Positions 43,498 to 52,802 of a stretch of 64,000 bases of DNA are shown here, one piece after another (positions within the stretch are counted from its first letter, which is position 1; every line of letters starts with the position of its first letter). The stretch is from a bacterium (GTDB lineage: Bacteria > Armatimonadota > UBA5829), in assembly GCA_021372295.1 (NCBI GenBank), contig JAJFUS010000011.1, forward strand, positions 19,442-83,441, in the 5' to 3' direction. The position numbers were made by a program, and so were the translations under genes. The notes beneath the pieces were generated by a model that saw only the letters and a list, made by a program, of their open reading frames with translations, made no database searches and was not told the DNA's origin.

Positions 43498-43926
43498 GTG
43501 AAAAAGCTGATAGTGACCATTTTAACGATTACATTCCTGGCTTCGTGTTTGCTGCCGGTGTCTGCAAAAAAACCGAAGGCCCCTAAAAAGCCTCCGGTTC
43601 ACGGCGCCAAAGCTATGGCTCCGAAAGAACCACCGAGATCGCCTGCAGCTTCTGGTGCGAAGAAAGCCCCGGTTGCAAAAGCAAAGATTCCGCCTCGCAG
43701 TCCCAGGGCTGTTGCAGCAAAAGAGCAGCCGAAGCCGCCGGCTCCTCCCAAAAAGAAAGCGCCGGTCGTCAAGATGAAGATTCCCGCTCGATGCCCCAAG
43801 GCTGTGGCCGCAAAGAAGTGTCCGAAAATGTCGCCCACTCCGGTCGCAAAGAAGAAACCGGCCGTAAAGGCGAAGGTTCCTGCGCCGCGTTCTAAGGCAG
43901 TGTCTGAAAAGAGACCGCCAAAATAG
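43498..43926 (+). CDS. secreted Lys/Pro/Ala-rich repeat protein
   Basis: GTG follows AAGGAGGA. Signal peptide MKKLIVTILTITFLASCLLPVSA. Three repeats of about 30 aa (KKAPVAKAKIPPRSPRAVAAKE-like). The frame continues with similar composition past the TAG stop. Confidence 0.65.
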   Translation: MKKLIVTILTITFLASCLLPVSAKKPKAPKKPPVHGAKAMAPKEPPRSPAASGAKKAPVAKAKIPPRSPRAVAAKEQPKPPAPPKKKAPVVKMKIPARCPKAVAAKKCPKMSPTPVAKKKPAVKAKVPAPRSKAVSEKRPPK

Positions 43927-44178
43927 TCGTCGGCAATAGCTCCAAGAGACTCGAAGCCCGAGCAAATGAAGGAGCCGGAAAAAGGCAAGAAGACTCCTCT
44001 TGGCAAGGCTAAGGCCGAGCATAGCGAACCGTCTAGAAAGTAAAATGGAAAAAGTCGGCCCCGCACATTTGACAGTGGGGCCGATTCCACATGTATTGGG
44101 TAAGAGCAGAAGCTTGCGGAATCAGATTGTCGCGAGGACGTCCCGACCTTAGGGTATATATATTTCGGGGCAATTGTA

Positions 44179-44964
44179 ATGAAAACCGCGCTTGTTTTGC
44201 TGTATCTGATTGGATCGGCGGAATTTACGGGTTTTGCACAGGAGATATCGCTTGCCGGGCCGAACCGGTCGGCGATGATTGAAGGGCACATATATCCGAT
44301 TACGTGGAAGTCGGACGGCCTGCAAAGCGTAAATATATTAGTCTATGGCACATTGACTCCTCTTGGCAACGAACCCCGTGGAGACTTCGAGATTGTAGTT
44401 GGCGAAGGAGTTCCAGCGTCGGACGGAGAGGTGGGCTGGATCACACCGTGGCTAGATTGCGTTGAGTTCAATGTTAAGATCATGGGATACGACAATTCCG
44501 GGCATGCCGAGGCCTTTGACGAGCGCGTTTACGGTTTTCGACCCGCATCTATGGCGAATCGTATCGCAGACGGCATATATCTCGATCTGCACAAACGCGC
44601 CGATCAGCGGTTGTACGTTCAGCGAGACCATCGGATCGTGCGCGCGTATATATCAAGCTCGTCCAGAAACTACCTCTGGCTGCCCGCAGCTATGCACCCG
44701 AGTATTCCTCACGACCACGCGGGTGTATTCAGGGTGCTGGAAAAAATCCCTGACTACCATTCGCGGCAATTTGATGTGCCCATGCCATACGCGATGCGTT
44801 ATTTGAGAGGGCATTTCATCCACGCGACGAGCCCCGGTCTTTACGATTACCTCGGGGAGCCGGCCTCGTCGGGATGCAACCGCCTGACTCTCCGCGACGC
44901 CAGGGAGCTGTATTATTCGACCCCTATCGGCACGCGGGTGGAAGTAATCGGCCCGAACTCTTAG
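44179..44964 (+). CDS. L,D-transpeptidase (YkuD domain)
   Basis: Signal peptide. HATSPGLYDYLGEPASSGCNRLTLRDARELY holds the H...SxGC(I/N)R catalytic motif. Confidence 0.8.
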   Translation: MKTALVLLYLIGSAEFTGFAQEISLAGPNRSAMIEGHIYPITWKSDGLQSVNILVYGTLTPLGNEPRGDFEIVVGEGVPASDGEVGWITPWLDCVEFNVKIMGYDNSGHAEAFDERVYGFRPASMANRIADGIYLDLHKRADQRLYVQRDHRIVRAYISSSSRNYLWLPAAMHPSIPHDHAGVFRVLEKIPDYHSRQFDVPMPYAMRYLRGHFIHATSPGLYDYLGEPASSGCNRLTLRDARELYYSTPIGTRVEVIGPNS

Positions 44965-44968
44965 CTTT

Positions 44969-45721
44969 CTACTTTCCACTCTCCACTAAAATCTTGACGG
45001 CGAGATTGGCCGCGGCCAGACCGAACATGCCTGTGATGGTGGGCATACTGCCCAGAGTATTCCTGGCGCGCCCGCGATCAAGTATGCGATCCTCAGTAAG
45101 TATGTTCGGCGGAGGGGCTACGGGCAATGGGTTGGGAAGGAGTTCGTCCGAGTATATGCACGGGAAGTCCATAGTTACGCCTCGCCGTTTGAGCCTCTGT
45201 CGAACTACTCGCCCAAGCGGGCAGTGGTGGACATTGTCGATTGTGGCTATGCGGATCATGGTCGGGTCGAGCCTCAGAGCCGCGCCAAGACATGAGATCG
45301 TCGGGATTCCTTTAGCGCGAAGAACCGAAATCAGCTCGACTTTTGGGTTGAGAGCATCTATTGCGTCGATTACGAGGTCGGGGCTTTCTCCAATCATCTC
45401 GATCGCCGTGTCGCCGTCTACAAACCCGTGAATTGCTTCCACTTCGCAGTCCGGGTTGATATCCAGCACACGTTCGCGCGCGACCTCGCACTTTGGCCGG
45501 CCAAGGGTCGACGTGAGAGCATAAAGCTGTCGATTGATATTGCTCGGAGCGACTTTGTCGAAGTCCACCAGCCGAAGTTTGCCTATGCCCGACCGGGCAA
45601 GTCCCTCGATAGCGTAGCTGCCGACCGCGCCCAGACCGACCACGGTCACAGATGCCTCTCGCAACCTTGCGCATGCGTCGGAACCAAGCATCAGTTCTAT
45701 TCTAGTGAAGCGTTCGTTCAA
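44969..45721 (-). CDS. tcdA: tRNA threonylcarbamoyladenosine dehydratase (ThiF/E1-like)
   Basis: RFTRIELMLG...VTVVGLGAVGSYAIEGLARSGIGKLRLVDFDKVAPSNINRQ. Confidence 0.85.
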   Translation of the reverse strand: MNERFTRIELMLGSDACARLREASVTVVGLGAVGSYAIEGLARSGIGKLRLVDFDKVAPSNINRQLYALTSTLGRPKCEVARERVLDINPDCEVEAIHGFVDGDTAIEMIGESPDLVIDAIDALNPKVELISVLRAKGIPTISCLGAALRLDPTMIRIATIDNVHHCPLGRVVRQRLKRRGVTMDFPCIYSDELLPNPLPVAPPPNILTEDRILDRGRARNTLGSMPTITGMFGLAAANLAVKILVESGK

Positions 45722-46500
45722 ATCAAGTCACCCCAAAAATCGCATGAGTTGCGCCAGAGCCGCTCTCGAAACTCTGAACGCGACTCTCCCAGAAGATCGG
45801 CTGCTGCGTCCGCAATTGCCGGAATGTTCGCAGGATAGTTCGGAGCGTCAGTCTCGATCAAAATGCGGTCCGGCGGCGTCGAAGTCAAAGCGCTGCGCGC
45901 GCGTTTGAAATTGTCGTTCAAAATTGTCGCGGAAAACGAGAAATAAGCTCCCATGTCCGCAAGCGGTCGAATAAGATCTACTGATCCGCCATAAGCGTGC
46001 ATCATGAATCGACGCGGGAGCCTGGGCGCGTCTCTAAGGATGTCGACAAGCCGACCCCACGATCGTACACAATGGATAGTGGCAGGCCGATCATACTTTT
46101 GCGCAAGATCGAGTTGAGCGCAAAATGCTTCTTCTTGAGCTAGTAACGACGGCTGCGCCATGCGATCCAGTCCAATTTCACCTACTCCGCACCGGTTCGA
46201 CTCGATCAACTTTTCCAGCGTCCCAAGCCAGTCGCCCGACCGGCTCGATACAAACCACGGATGTAGTCCGAAGCACGGGATTATGCCTTGATTAGCCTGG
46301 GCTATAGCCAATACGGTTGTCCAATCGGACTCGGATGTGCCGTTGCAAGCCATAAAGGCAACCCCCGCGGCGGCTGATTCACGGATCAGTGCGCCTATAT
46401 CCGTGCCCGGATCGAAATCGGTGAGATGAATGTGAGAATCGACGAGTCCCGGCAAATCCATATCAAAATCAAGTATAACCTTTGGGTCGACTGATGGCAA
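45718..46500 (-). CDS. TatD-family metal-dependent hydrolase
   Basis: VDSHIHL, later H and D ligands (HCVRSW, MHAYGG, ETDAP). 4-nt overlap with tcdA. Confidence 0.85.
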   Translation of the reverse strand: MPSVDPKVILDFDMDLPGLVDSHIHLTDFDPGTDIGALIRESAAAGVAFMACNGTSESDWTTVLAIAQANQGIIPCFGLHPWFVSSRSGDWLGTLEKLIESNRCGVGEIGLDRMAQPSLLAQEEAFCAQLDLAQKYDRPATIHCVRSWGRLVDILRDAPRLPRRFMMHAYGGSVDLIRPLADMGAYFSFSATILNDNFKRARSALTSTPPDRILIETDAPNYPANIPAIADAAADLLGESRSEFRERLWRNSCDFWGDLI

Positions 46501-46513
46501 GGTCAGCCTGGCG

Positions 46514-47296
46514 TCAGTTTCGTGGAATACTCTTCGCCAAGTATTTTGTGAACATAACTTCGTAAGCCGCCTTGTTCACATACCACTCATACATTTCCGA
46601 ATATGTGGATAACGAGCTGATAAACCATAGACCGGGAGCGCGGGCGGCTACATGGCCGTCGCAGTATAGGTAGTTATTGAGGCGCTCATGAAACGGCTTG
46701 TCGGATACGGTAGCCAGCCTGGTGTTTTGAGCGTAGCCGCTGACATATTGCCAGTTGGCGCAGCGGTATATATAGTCCAGATTTTTATCGGAGTCGTTTG
46801 CGATATATCGACCTTCGTAGAGTAGAATGGTCTTTCCGGGGCGAGTAAGTTTGCAGATATCCACTCCGCGTATATAACTGGTGCATGTGGGATATTCGAT
46901 GTCCGCGGGAGTGCGAAGATAACTGTTCATAGAATAGCTGCGTGGAGAATACTGACCATTCCAGCCCTTTACCATCGGGCAGCACCACACAGACTTCACT
47001 CCTCTCTGGGGAAGGTATCCCTGCAGTCCGCCGGAACCAGTCTGCGCCCAATATGTGTAATTGCCTTTTAGTCCGCCAGGGCATGGCCAGTAACCGGCCC
47101 AGTCCTGGGAATAAAGAGAGAATGCATGACCGAACTGAAGAAGGTTGCTCACGCACTGCGCTCGATATGTCTGCTTTTTTGCTTCACTAAACAGCGGCAG
47201 CAAAATCCCCGCAAGTATCGCCAACACTGCACAGACAACAAGAATCTCTATGAGAGTGAAGCCGGTTCGGTTCCGTTTGCGCACGGGTTTGAACAC
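46514..47296 (-). CDS. prepilin-type N-terminal cleavage/methylation protein, DUF1559 / H-X9-DG class
   Basis: GFTLIEILVVCAVLAILAGILLP N-terminus and C-terminal HERLNNYLYCDGHV (H-X9-DG). Confidence 0.85.
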   Translation of the reverse strand: MFKPVRKRNRTGFTLIEILVVCAVLAILAGILLPLFSEAKKQTYRAQCVSNLLQFGHAFSLYSQDWAGYWPCPGGLKGNYTYWAQTGSGGLQGYLPQRGVKSVWCCPMVKGWNGQYSPRSYSMNSYLRTPADIEYPTCTSYIRGVDICKLTRPGKTILLYEGRYIANDSDKNLDYIYRCANWQYVSGYAQNTRLATVSDKPFHERLNNYLYCDGHVAARAPGLWFISSLSTYSEMYEWYVNKAAYEVMFTKYLAKSIPRN

Positions 47297-47371
47297 CCGT
47301 CCACCTCCTGTGGAAAATGGTGAACTCCGTTGACATTATATGTCAGTATGGTTGAGCTGTCAATTAATGTC

Positions 47372-47415
47372 AAATGGGGAAAGCGCGAAAAGTAAATTTC
47401 GCGCTTTCCCCATTT
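47372..47415 (-). terminator. terminator-like hairpin after the LolA-like gene
   Basis: AAATGGGGAAAGCGCGAAA pairs with TTTCGCGCTTTCCCCATTT (19-bp stem). Confidence 0.5.
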
Positions 47416-47441
47416 CAGAGTTTCAGGCAGAGAGTCGGATA

Positions 47442-48185
47442 CTATTTCTGGCTCAGCGAAAACAATGATGCTTTGATTTGCGTGTTCACCTTGACGTTTT
47501 TATACTTCACACTGCCGAGTTCCTTACCGCTGCCGTTAAATAGATTGGCGTTCGTTGCGATGGGCAGCTTCGAGGTGAGTTTTTCGTAGTCGCTGTAGAC
47601 AGTGCGGGTGCGCATCTCGCCGCTGCCTCTGTACTTCTCGCGCTTGACAAGTTTGAGGGTGTTCGGGTTTAGCCAGACCATATCATGGCGCTTGTCTTTG
47701 TCGCCAAATTTAGGATCGAATTTCAGTTTTGCAATGCCGGTTTTCTTATCGACGCATACCACTGTGACATTATTGTCGTTCCAGAGTTTGCTCGATACAA
47801 ACCCCAGATCCAGGGAATCGAAACGTTTTCCGGGTGCGTTCTTGACGTTTTCTTTATGCCGTACCATCGTCGCGAGTATGAGCTTTGTGTAACCGTTTTG
47901 CACATACGTGACTTTGATTCCTTCGGCAAAGCCATCGTATCTGATCTGATCCGGGGTTTTATAGAAAACCAGGGCTTTGTCGAGTTTGAGGATGTCACCA
48001 TAGCCATCGCCCATGCCCGAGACGTTTTTCTTGTTCGCCTCGGTGATGACCATATCCGCCTTCCAGTCCGTGAGACCGGCCTCGGCAGCCTTCACTTTGC
48101 CCAGAATGCCGGACGATGTCACTGCCGCGCATACCGGCATGACTATGATTGAAAAAATCGCCGTCAGTAAGATTACTCGTTTCAT
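47442..48185 (-). CDS. periplasmic LolA-like / outer-membrane lipoprotein-sorting fold protein
   Basis: Signal peptide MKRVILLTAIFSIIVMPVCAA. Size and beta-rich pattern resemble LolA/DUF4367-type proteins. The family call is tentative. Confidence 0.6.
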   Translation of the reverse strand: MKRVILLTAIFSIIVMPVCAAVTSSGILGKVKAAEAGLTDWKADMVITEANKKNVSGMGDGYGDILKLDKALVFYKTPDQIRYDGFAEGIKVTYVQNGYTKLILATMVRHKENVKNAPGKRFDSLDLGFVSSKLWNDNNVTVVCVDKKTGIAKLKFDPKFGDKDKRHDMVWLNPNTLKLVKREKYRGSGEMRTRTVYSDYEKLTSKLPIATNANLFNGSGKELGSVKYKNVKVNTQIKASLFSLSQK

Positions 48186-48290
48186 ATCGACTCCCTTGAG
48201 AAAAGCTGATGGCGGGGAGTGGAGAGCGAATAGCCCGCACTCATTGCCTATAATATATACTGACTTACGCGCCGCGGCGTTATCGACCGC

Positions 48291-48324
48291 AAAAATAAAA
48301 GTCCGGGGTTTTAACCCCGGACTT
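48291..48324 (-). terminator. intrinsic terminator after rng
   Basis: Minus strand: AAGTCCGGGGT-TAAA-ACCCCGGACTT followed by TTATTTTT. Confidence 0.8.
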
Positions 48325-48326
48325 GT

Positions 48327-50066
48327 TCAGCCTTTTTTTGAATCGGAGGATTTCCGCGGGTTTGCCCCGCCACCGTCCGAAGACGATACTTCTCCGAAAG
48401 CGTAAGACCTGCGAATGTCAGTCATCCTGGCTTTCACCCTGCGGCCCACGTACTTGCCGCCGTTTTCGAGTTCGACCAGATAACCGTCCAGCCACGCGCT
48501 GGCTTTGGGCAGCATCGAGAATGGATTGCGTACGACACTGCACTCGACTGTCTCACCTTTCTTCCACGGCATCATGTGGCGATCCATGTGCTGAAGATCG
48601 CCTGGAGTGATCTCGTACTTTTCCACATGCAGCGCCTCGCTGGCGCGGACATAGATCGCTCGCTTCAAACGCCGTTCGATCTCGTCGATAACCTCGCCGG
48701 AAGCCCCTACCAGATGCATAACCACCTCCGGGTTCGCCGTGACCATAAACGCTTCTTCATCCGATTTTGAAATCAGATGTCTCAATTCGCGCTCGATCCG
48801 CAGTGATACGGTATCGGCACTTTCGACTGTTCCCTTGCCCTGGCAATACGGGCACGGCTCGGTAACAATTTCGGTAAGCGTCTCTCCGGTGCGTTTCCTG
48901 GTCATCTCGATAAGCCCCAGCGGGCTTATATGGCAGATTTTCGTGCGAGTGCGATCCTTGCGCAGTTCGCGCTCCATCGCCGTCACGACTTTCTGCCGAT
49001 CCTTTACACTGGACATGTCTATAAAGTCCAGCACTATGATGCCGCCGATGTCACGCAGCCGCAGCTGCCTGGCGATCTCGTTCACGGCGTCCAGATTGGT
49101 CTTCAGGATCGTGTCCGAAAGGCTCGCCGAACCTATGAACTTGCCCGTATTTACGTCAATTGCGGTGAGGGCTTCGGTGGAGTCTATTGCCAGGTGACCG
49201 CCCGACTTCAGCCACACTTTGCGGCGAAGCAGACTGTCAATCTCACTTTCAATCGAGTAGTGCTCGAAAATGGGCTCCGGCTCGTCGTATAAGACCAGCC
49301 TCGACCGCATTTTGGGCGAACTAAGTTCGATCAACTCTATAGCCTTCTCGTAGTCTACGGGGGAATCGATTATCATCTTGTTGACATCCGAACCGAAGAC
49401 ATCGCGGATCATCTTGTAGATCAAGCTCAAATCCTGATGCACCAGTCCCGGCGCTGGAACCTTTGCGGCCTTCTCCTGAATCTGGTTCCACATTCTCATA
49501 AGAAAGTCCAGATCGCCGCGCAGTTCGGTTTCGCTGCGTCCTTCGGCCTCGGTTCGCACGATTATGCCGAACCCCAAAGGTCTTATACTCTCGGCAATCT
49601 TCTTGAGACGATCGCGCTCTGCGTCGTTTTCGATTTTTCTCGAAATCCCTGTGTTATCCGATTCCGGCATCAACACCAGATAACGACCCGGCAGCGACAC
49701 TCTTGTTGATACGCGAGCGCCCTTCGTTCCTCGCGGCCCCTTCACAACCTGGACCATCACTTCCTGTCCGGGTTTGACGACATCGCGTATTTTGACATGC
49801 TGGCGCGCGCTTTCTTTTCGAGCGCTGGGGAACTCATCGTCCATTTCCGGCAATACATCAGCCACATAAAGAAACGCGTTGCGCTCCAGTCCGATGTCCA
49901 CAAACGCTGCGTCCATCCCCGAGAGCACATTTGCGACCTTCGCTTTGTATATACTGCCCACGACGCGTTCTTCACGCTCGACATGCAGTTCCACCAGCTT
50001 TCCGGCCTCGATAAGCGCCACGCGGGTCTCACGAGTATCCACATTTACAATAATTTCTTTGGACAT
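48327..50066 (-). CDS. rng: ribonuclease G/E family endoribonuclease with a C-terminal TRAM-like extension
   Basis: S1 domain GSIYKAKVANVLSGMDAAFVDIG. DNase-I-like catalytic region ...AIDVNTGKF... Zn-link CPYCQGKG. About 90 extra C-terminal aa. Strong RBS GGAAAGGAGGTGA. Confidence 0.92.
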   Translation of the reverse strand: MSKEIIVNVDTRETRVALIEAGKLVELHVEREERVVGSIYKAKVANVLSGMDAAFVDIGLERNAFLYVADVLPEMDDEFPSARKESARQHVKIRDVVKPGQEVMVQVVKGPRGTKGARVSTRVSLPGRYLVLMPESDNTGISRKIENDAERDRLKKIAESIRPLGFGIIVRTEAEGRSETELRGDLDFLMRMWNQIQEKAAKVPAPGLVHQDLSLIYKMIRDVFGSDVNKMIIDSPVDYEKAIELIELSSPKMRSRLVLYDEPEPIFEHYSIESEIDSLLRRKVWLKSGGHLAIDSTEALTAIDVNTGKFIGSASLSDTILKTNLDAVNEIARQLRLRDIGGIIVLDFIDMSSVKDRQKVVTAMERELRKDRTRTKICHISPLGLIEMTRKRTGETLTEIVTEPCPYCQGKGTVESADTVSLRIERELRHLISKSDEEAFMVTANPEVVMHLVGASGEVIDEIERRLKRAIYVRASEALHVEKYEITPGDLQHMDRHMMPWKKGETVECSVVRNPFSMLPKASAWLDGYLVELENGGKYVGRRVKARMTDIRRSYAFGEVSSSDGGGANPRKSSDSKKG

Positions 50067-50181
50067 GCATTCACCTCCTTTCCAAGTTGGATTTTATATT
50101 TAACATTTATTGTTTAATATTTGCTGGTAGATTAGGCGTTTTGCTTTCCACCCCAAATATTAAATAATAAATTTACAAATA

Positions 50182-52683
50182 TTAAATCAAGAGCGTCGAC
50201 CTGTGTGTAGACTTTATGGCTATTCCCGGTACCGTTTCGCTCAAAGCCTCGACAATCTCGGCCGGTTTCACCGTAAACTCGAGATGCCGAAGCGTCATGC
50301 GAACACGAGCGATTCCTCCACCGGGCGCATCGACCATCTCAAGCGACGCAATTCCCGGCCTAATGTCAATCGTCCCGCGCTTTCCACGCCAGAGTCTGAT
50401 CTGTTCACGTTTCATCAACTGCTCAACTGCATCGCCGAGCGTCGCGGCTGACTGTTCGTCCGGCAGAGCGATTTCAACTATAAGTTCGCTTCCCGTAACG
50501 ACAGGCCCTTTTTGGTTCTCTGGAAGAATCCGGGCTTCCAGCAGAGAGATACCCTCGGGGAGAGCCTTTTGAAGCCGCAACATAACATCCTTAATATCGA
50601 CCGGGGGCAAAATCTGGATTGTAATAAGTTCTCTGTCCGCGGTCGCTCCAAGTGGCAGAGCCGATGCAATCGACATCTTCGCGCGAGGGTTAAACCCCTG
50701 GCTGTAGGCAATATTTATGCCGGACATTCTCACTGCCCGCTCGAATACGCGCAGCAAGTCCAGATGACCCAGCCAACGGACGCCTTCGCCCTTTCTGAAC
50801 GTTATCATTACGTGGGAGGTTACAGGTGACAGGTTACACGGTACAGGTTCTGTCGCTTCACACTTGGTAATATTGGGCATGGTGTTTGCGGTTGGCGGGG
50901 GACACTGAGCTTTATCGCCCAGAGCCTCTCGAATTCCGCATGTGGAGCATTTGCCAAACCTGCAATCGGGAGTAAGTTCGCCGGTCTGCGCTTTCTCGTC
51001 TTCATGCGCTAGAAACTGCTTCGACACCCCGACGCTTATATGATCCCAAGGCAGCGGTTCGTCTTTGGGAATCTCGCGGTTGGCGATATCGGTTATATCC
51101 AACCCAGCGGTGTCGAACGCCGCCTGCCAGCGGTCGTGGTTGTAATTGTCCTGCTCCAGCTTGCCGCCGTTCTTCCAAACATCATATATAACTCGTCCGA
51201 GACGCCTGTCGCCTTTGGCAAGAGCAGCTTCGACTCGGCTGCATTTTGGATCATGCCAGCTCAGAGATATATTCTTTCCGCGCAAAAGAGGCCTTATCAG
51301 CGCGATCTTGCGATCCAACTCTTCCAGGGGTGCCATTGCTCGCCACTGGAACGGCGTATGTGGCTTCGGGACAAACGGCGAAATTGTAACATTCAATGTG
51401 AGAGGACATCGACGCCTGCGGCCTATGTCGATGACTTTCGTGACCAGCGCGCCTATTCCGGCGAGATCTTCATCGGTCTCAGTGGGCAGCCCGATCATAA
51501 AATAAAGCTTGATTCTTTTCCAGCCGCACTCCACAGCCGCTTCGACCGCGCTTAAAAGGTCGTCTTCAGTCACATTTTTGTTGATTACATCGCGCAGCCG
51601 TTGAGTCCCGGCCTCAGGGGCGAAAGTCAGCCCGCTTTTTCTTACACGTTGAATCTCATCCGCCAAATGCACACACTGCGCGTCGGCTCTCAGGCTCGGC
51701 AGTGAAATTCCGACCTTGTTGGCCTCATGTGTGTCGATGAGCGTATGCACCAGGTCACCAATGCGCGAATAGTCCGCGCTGGAAAGAGACATCAGCGCGA
51801 TTTCTTCGTAGCCTGTATTGTCAAGGAGCGTCTTCGCCTGCTTACAAAGCGTTGACAGAGAGCGTTCCCGCACTGGCCGGGTAATCATACCCGCCTGGCA
51901 GAATCTGCAGCCTCTGCTGCAGCCTCTCATAATTTCTAATGCGACACGGTCATGCACCGTCTCAGTGAACGGCACAACCAGCTTGTCAGGAAACGGTGAT
52001 TTATCAAGGTCACGAACTCGTCGCGCGATGATTTGGGTGTCGGGTAAGCTTATCGACGGCACATATACTCCATCGATTTGAGCGAACGCGCTCAACACTC
52101 TTTTTCTGTCGCCTTTGCATTCCTGATATACGCGAACAATGTCCAGAATGACTTCCTCGCCGTCACCGATTGCAAAAGCGTCTATAAAATCCGCCATAGG
52201 CTCGGGATTGGAAGCGCAATGACCGCCTGCGATGATAATCGGATCATCTTCGCGTCGGTCAGAAACATACTGGGGAATACCGGCAAGATCGAGCATGTTG
52301 AGGACGGTGGTGTAGCTCATCTCATAGGCAAGTGAAAAACCTATAAGATCGAAGTTCTTAAGCGGCAGCGATGATTCCAGCGAAAACAGGGGGATGTCCG
52401 AGCGCCGCATCTCATCTTCCATATCGAATGCGGGCGCAAATACACGCTCGGCGGCCACATACGAGTGTGAGTTGAGGACGTGATACAGTATCCTCAACCC
52501 GAGGTTGGACATGCCGACTTCATAAACATCCGGGAATGCGAGCGCAATCCTTACGCTCACATCATCAGGCGGCTTCACTATCGAATTAAGCTCGCCGCCC
52601 ATATATCTCGCGGGTTTCGCCACTCGGGGAAGAACCTCGTTTATCCGCCCCTTTAAGCTCGACGCCGTAAATGACAATTTCAT
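50182..52683 (-). CDS. B12-binding-domain radical SAM protein fused to DUF2344 (TIGR03960 + TIGR03936 type)
   Basis: EIMRGCSRGCRFCQAG is a CxxxCxxC radical SAM cluster motif. The C-terminal 230 aa look DUF2344-like. Sits upstream of rng, as in many bacteria. Confidence 0.85.
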   Translation of the reverse strand: MKLSFTASSLKGRINEVLPRVAKPARYMGGELNSIVKPPDDVSVRIALAFPDVYEVGMSNLGLRILYHVLNSHSYVAAERVFAPAFDMEDEMRRSDIPLFSLESSLPLKNFDLIGFSLAYEMSYTTVLNMLDLAGIPQYVSDRREDDPIIIAGGHCASNPEPMADFIDAFAIGDGEEVILDIVRVYQECKGDRKRVLSAFAQIDGVYVPSISLPDTQIIARRVRDLDKSPFPDKLVVPFTETVHDRVALEIMRGCSRGCRFCQAGMITRPVRERSLSTLCKQAKTLLDNTGYEEIALMSLSSADYSRIGDLVHTLIDTHEANKVGISLPSLRADAQCVHLADEIQRVRKSGLTFAPEAGTQRLRDVINKNVTEDDLLSAVEAAVECGWKRIKLYFMIGLPTETDEDLAGIGALVTKVIDIGRRRRCPLTLNVTISPFVPKPHTPFQWRAMAPLEELDRKIALIRPLLRGKNISLSWHDPKCSRVEAALAKGDRRLGRVIYDVWKNGGKLEQDNYNHDRWQAAFDTAGLDITDIANREIPKDEPLPWDHISVGVSKQFLAHEDEKAQTGELTPDCRFGKCSTCGIREALGDKAQCPPPTANTMPNITKCEATEPVPCNLSPVTSHVMITFRKGEGVRWLGHLDLLRVFERAVRMSGINIAYSQGFNPRAKMSIASALPLGATADRELITIQILPPVDIKDVMLRLQKALPEGISLLEARILPENQKGPVVTGSELIVEIALPDEQSAATLGDAVEQLMKREQIRLWRGKRGTIDIRPGIASLEMVDAPGGGIARVRMTLRHLEFTVKPAEIVEALSETVPGIAIKSTHRSTLLI

Positions 52684-52802
52684 AATCGTACCGTATTATA
52701 ACACCGGTGCGACTAATCGTCAACGCGATTATTGCGGGGTGAAGTTATGCTGGGTTTCTGCTATACTATGAGCGGGAAAGCCGGAAAGGAGCGAAAGCCG
52801 AC

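Noticed and set aside
43522-44291. 166-aa and 230-aa minus-strand ORFs opposite the Lys/Pro/Ala-rich gene
   Set aside because: They are mirror-image low-complexity frames (Arg/Leu/Gly-rich) of a repetitive gene. The plus-strand ORF has the RBS and signal peptide.
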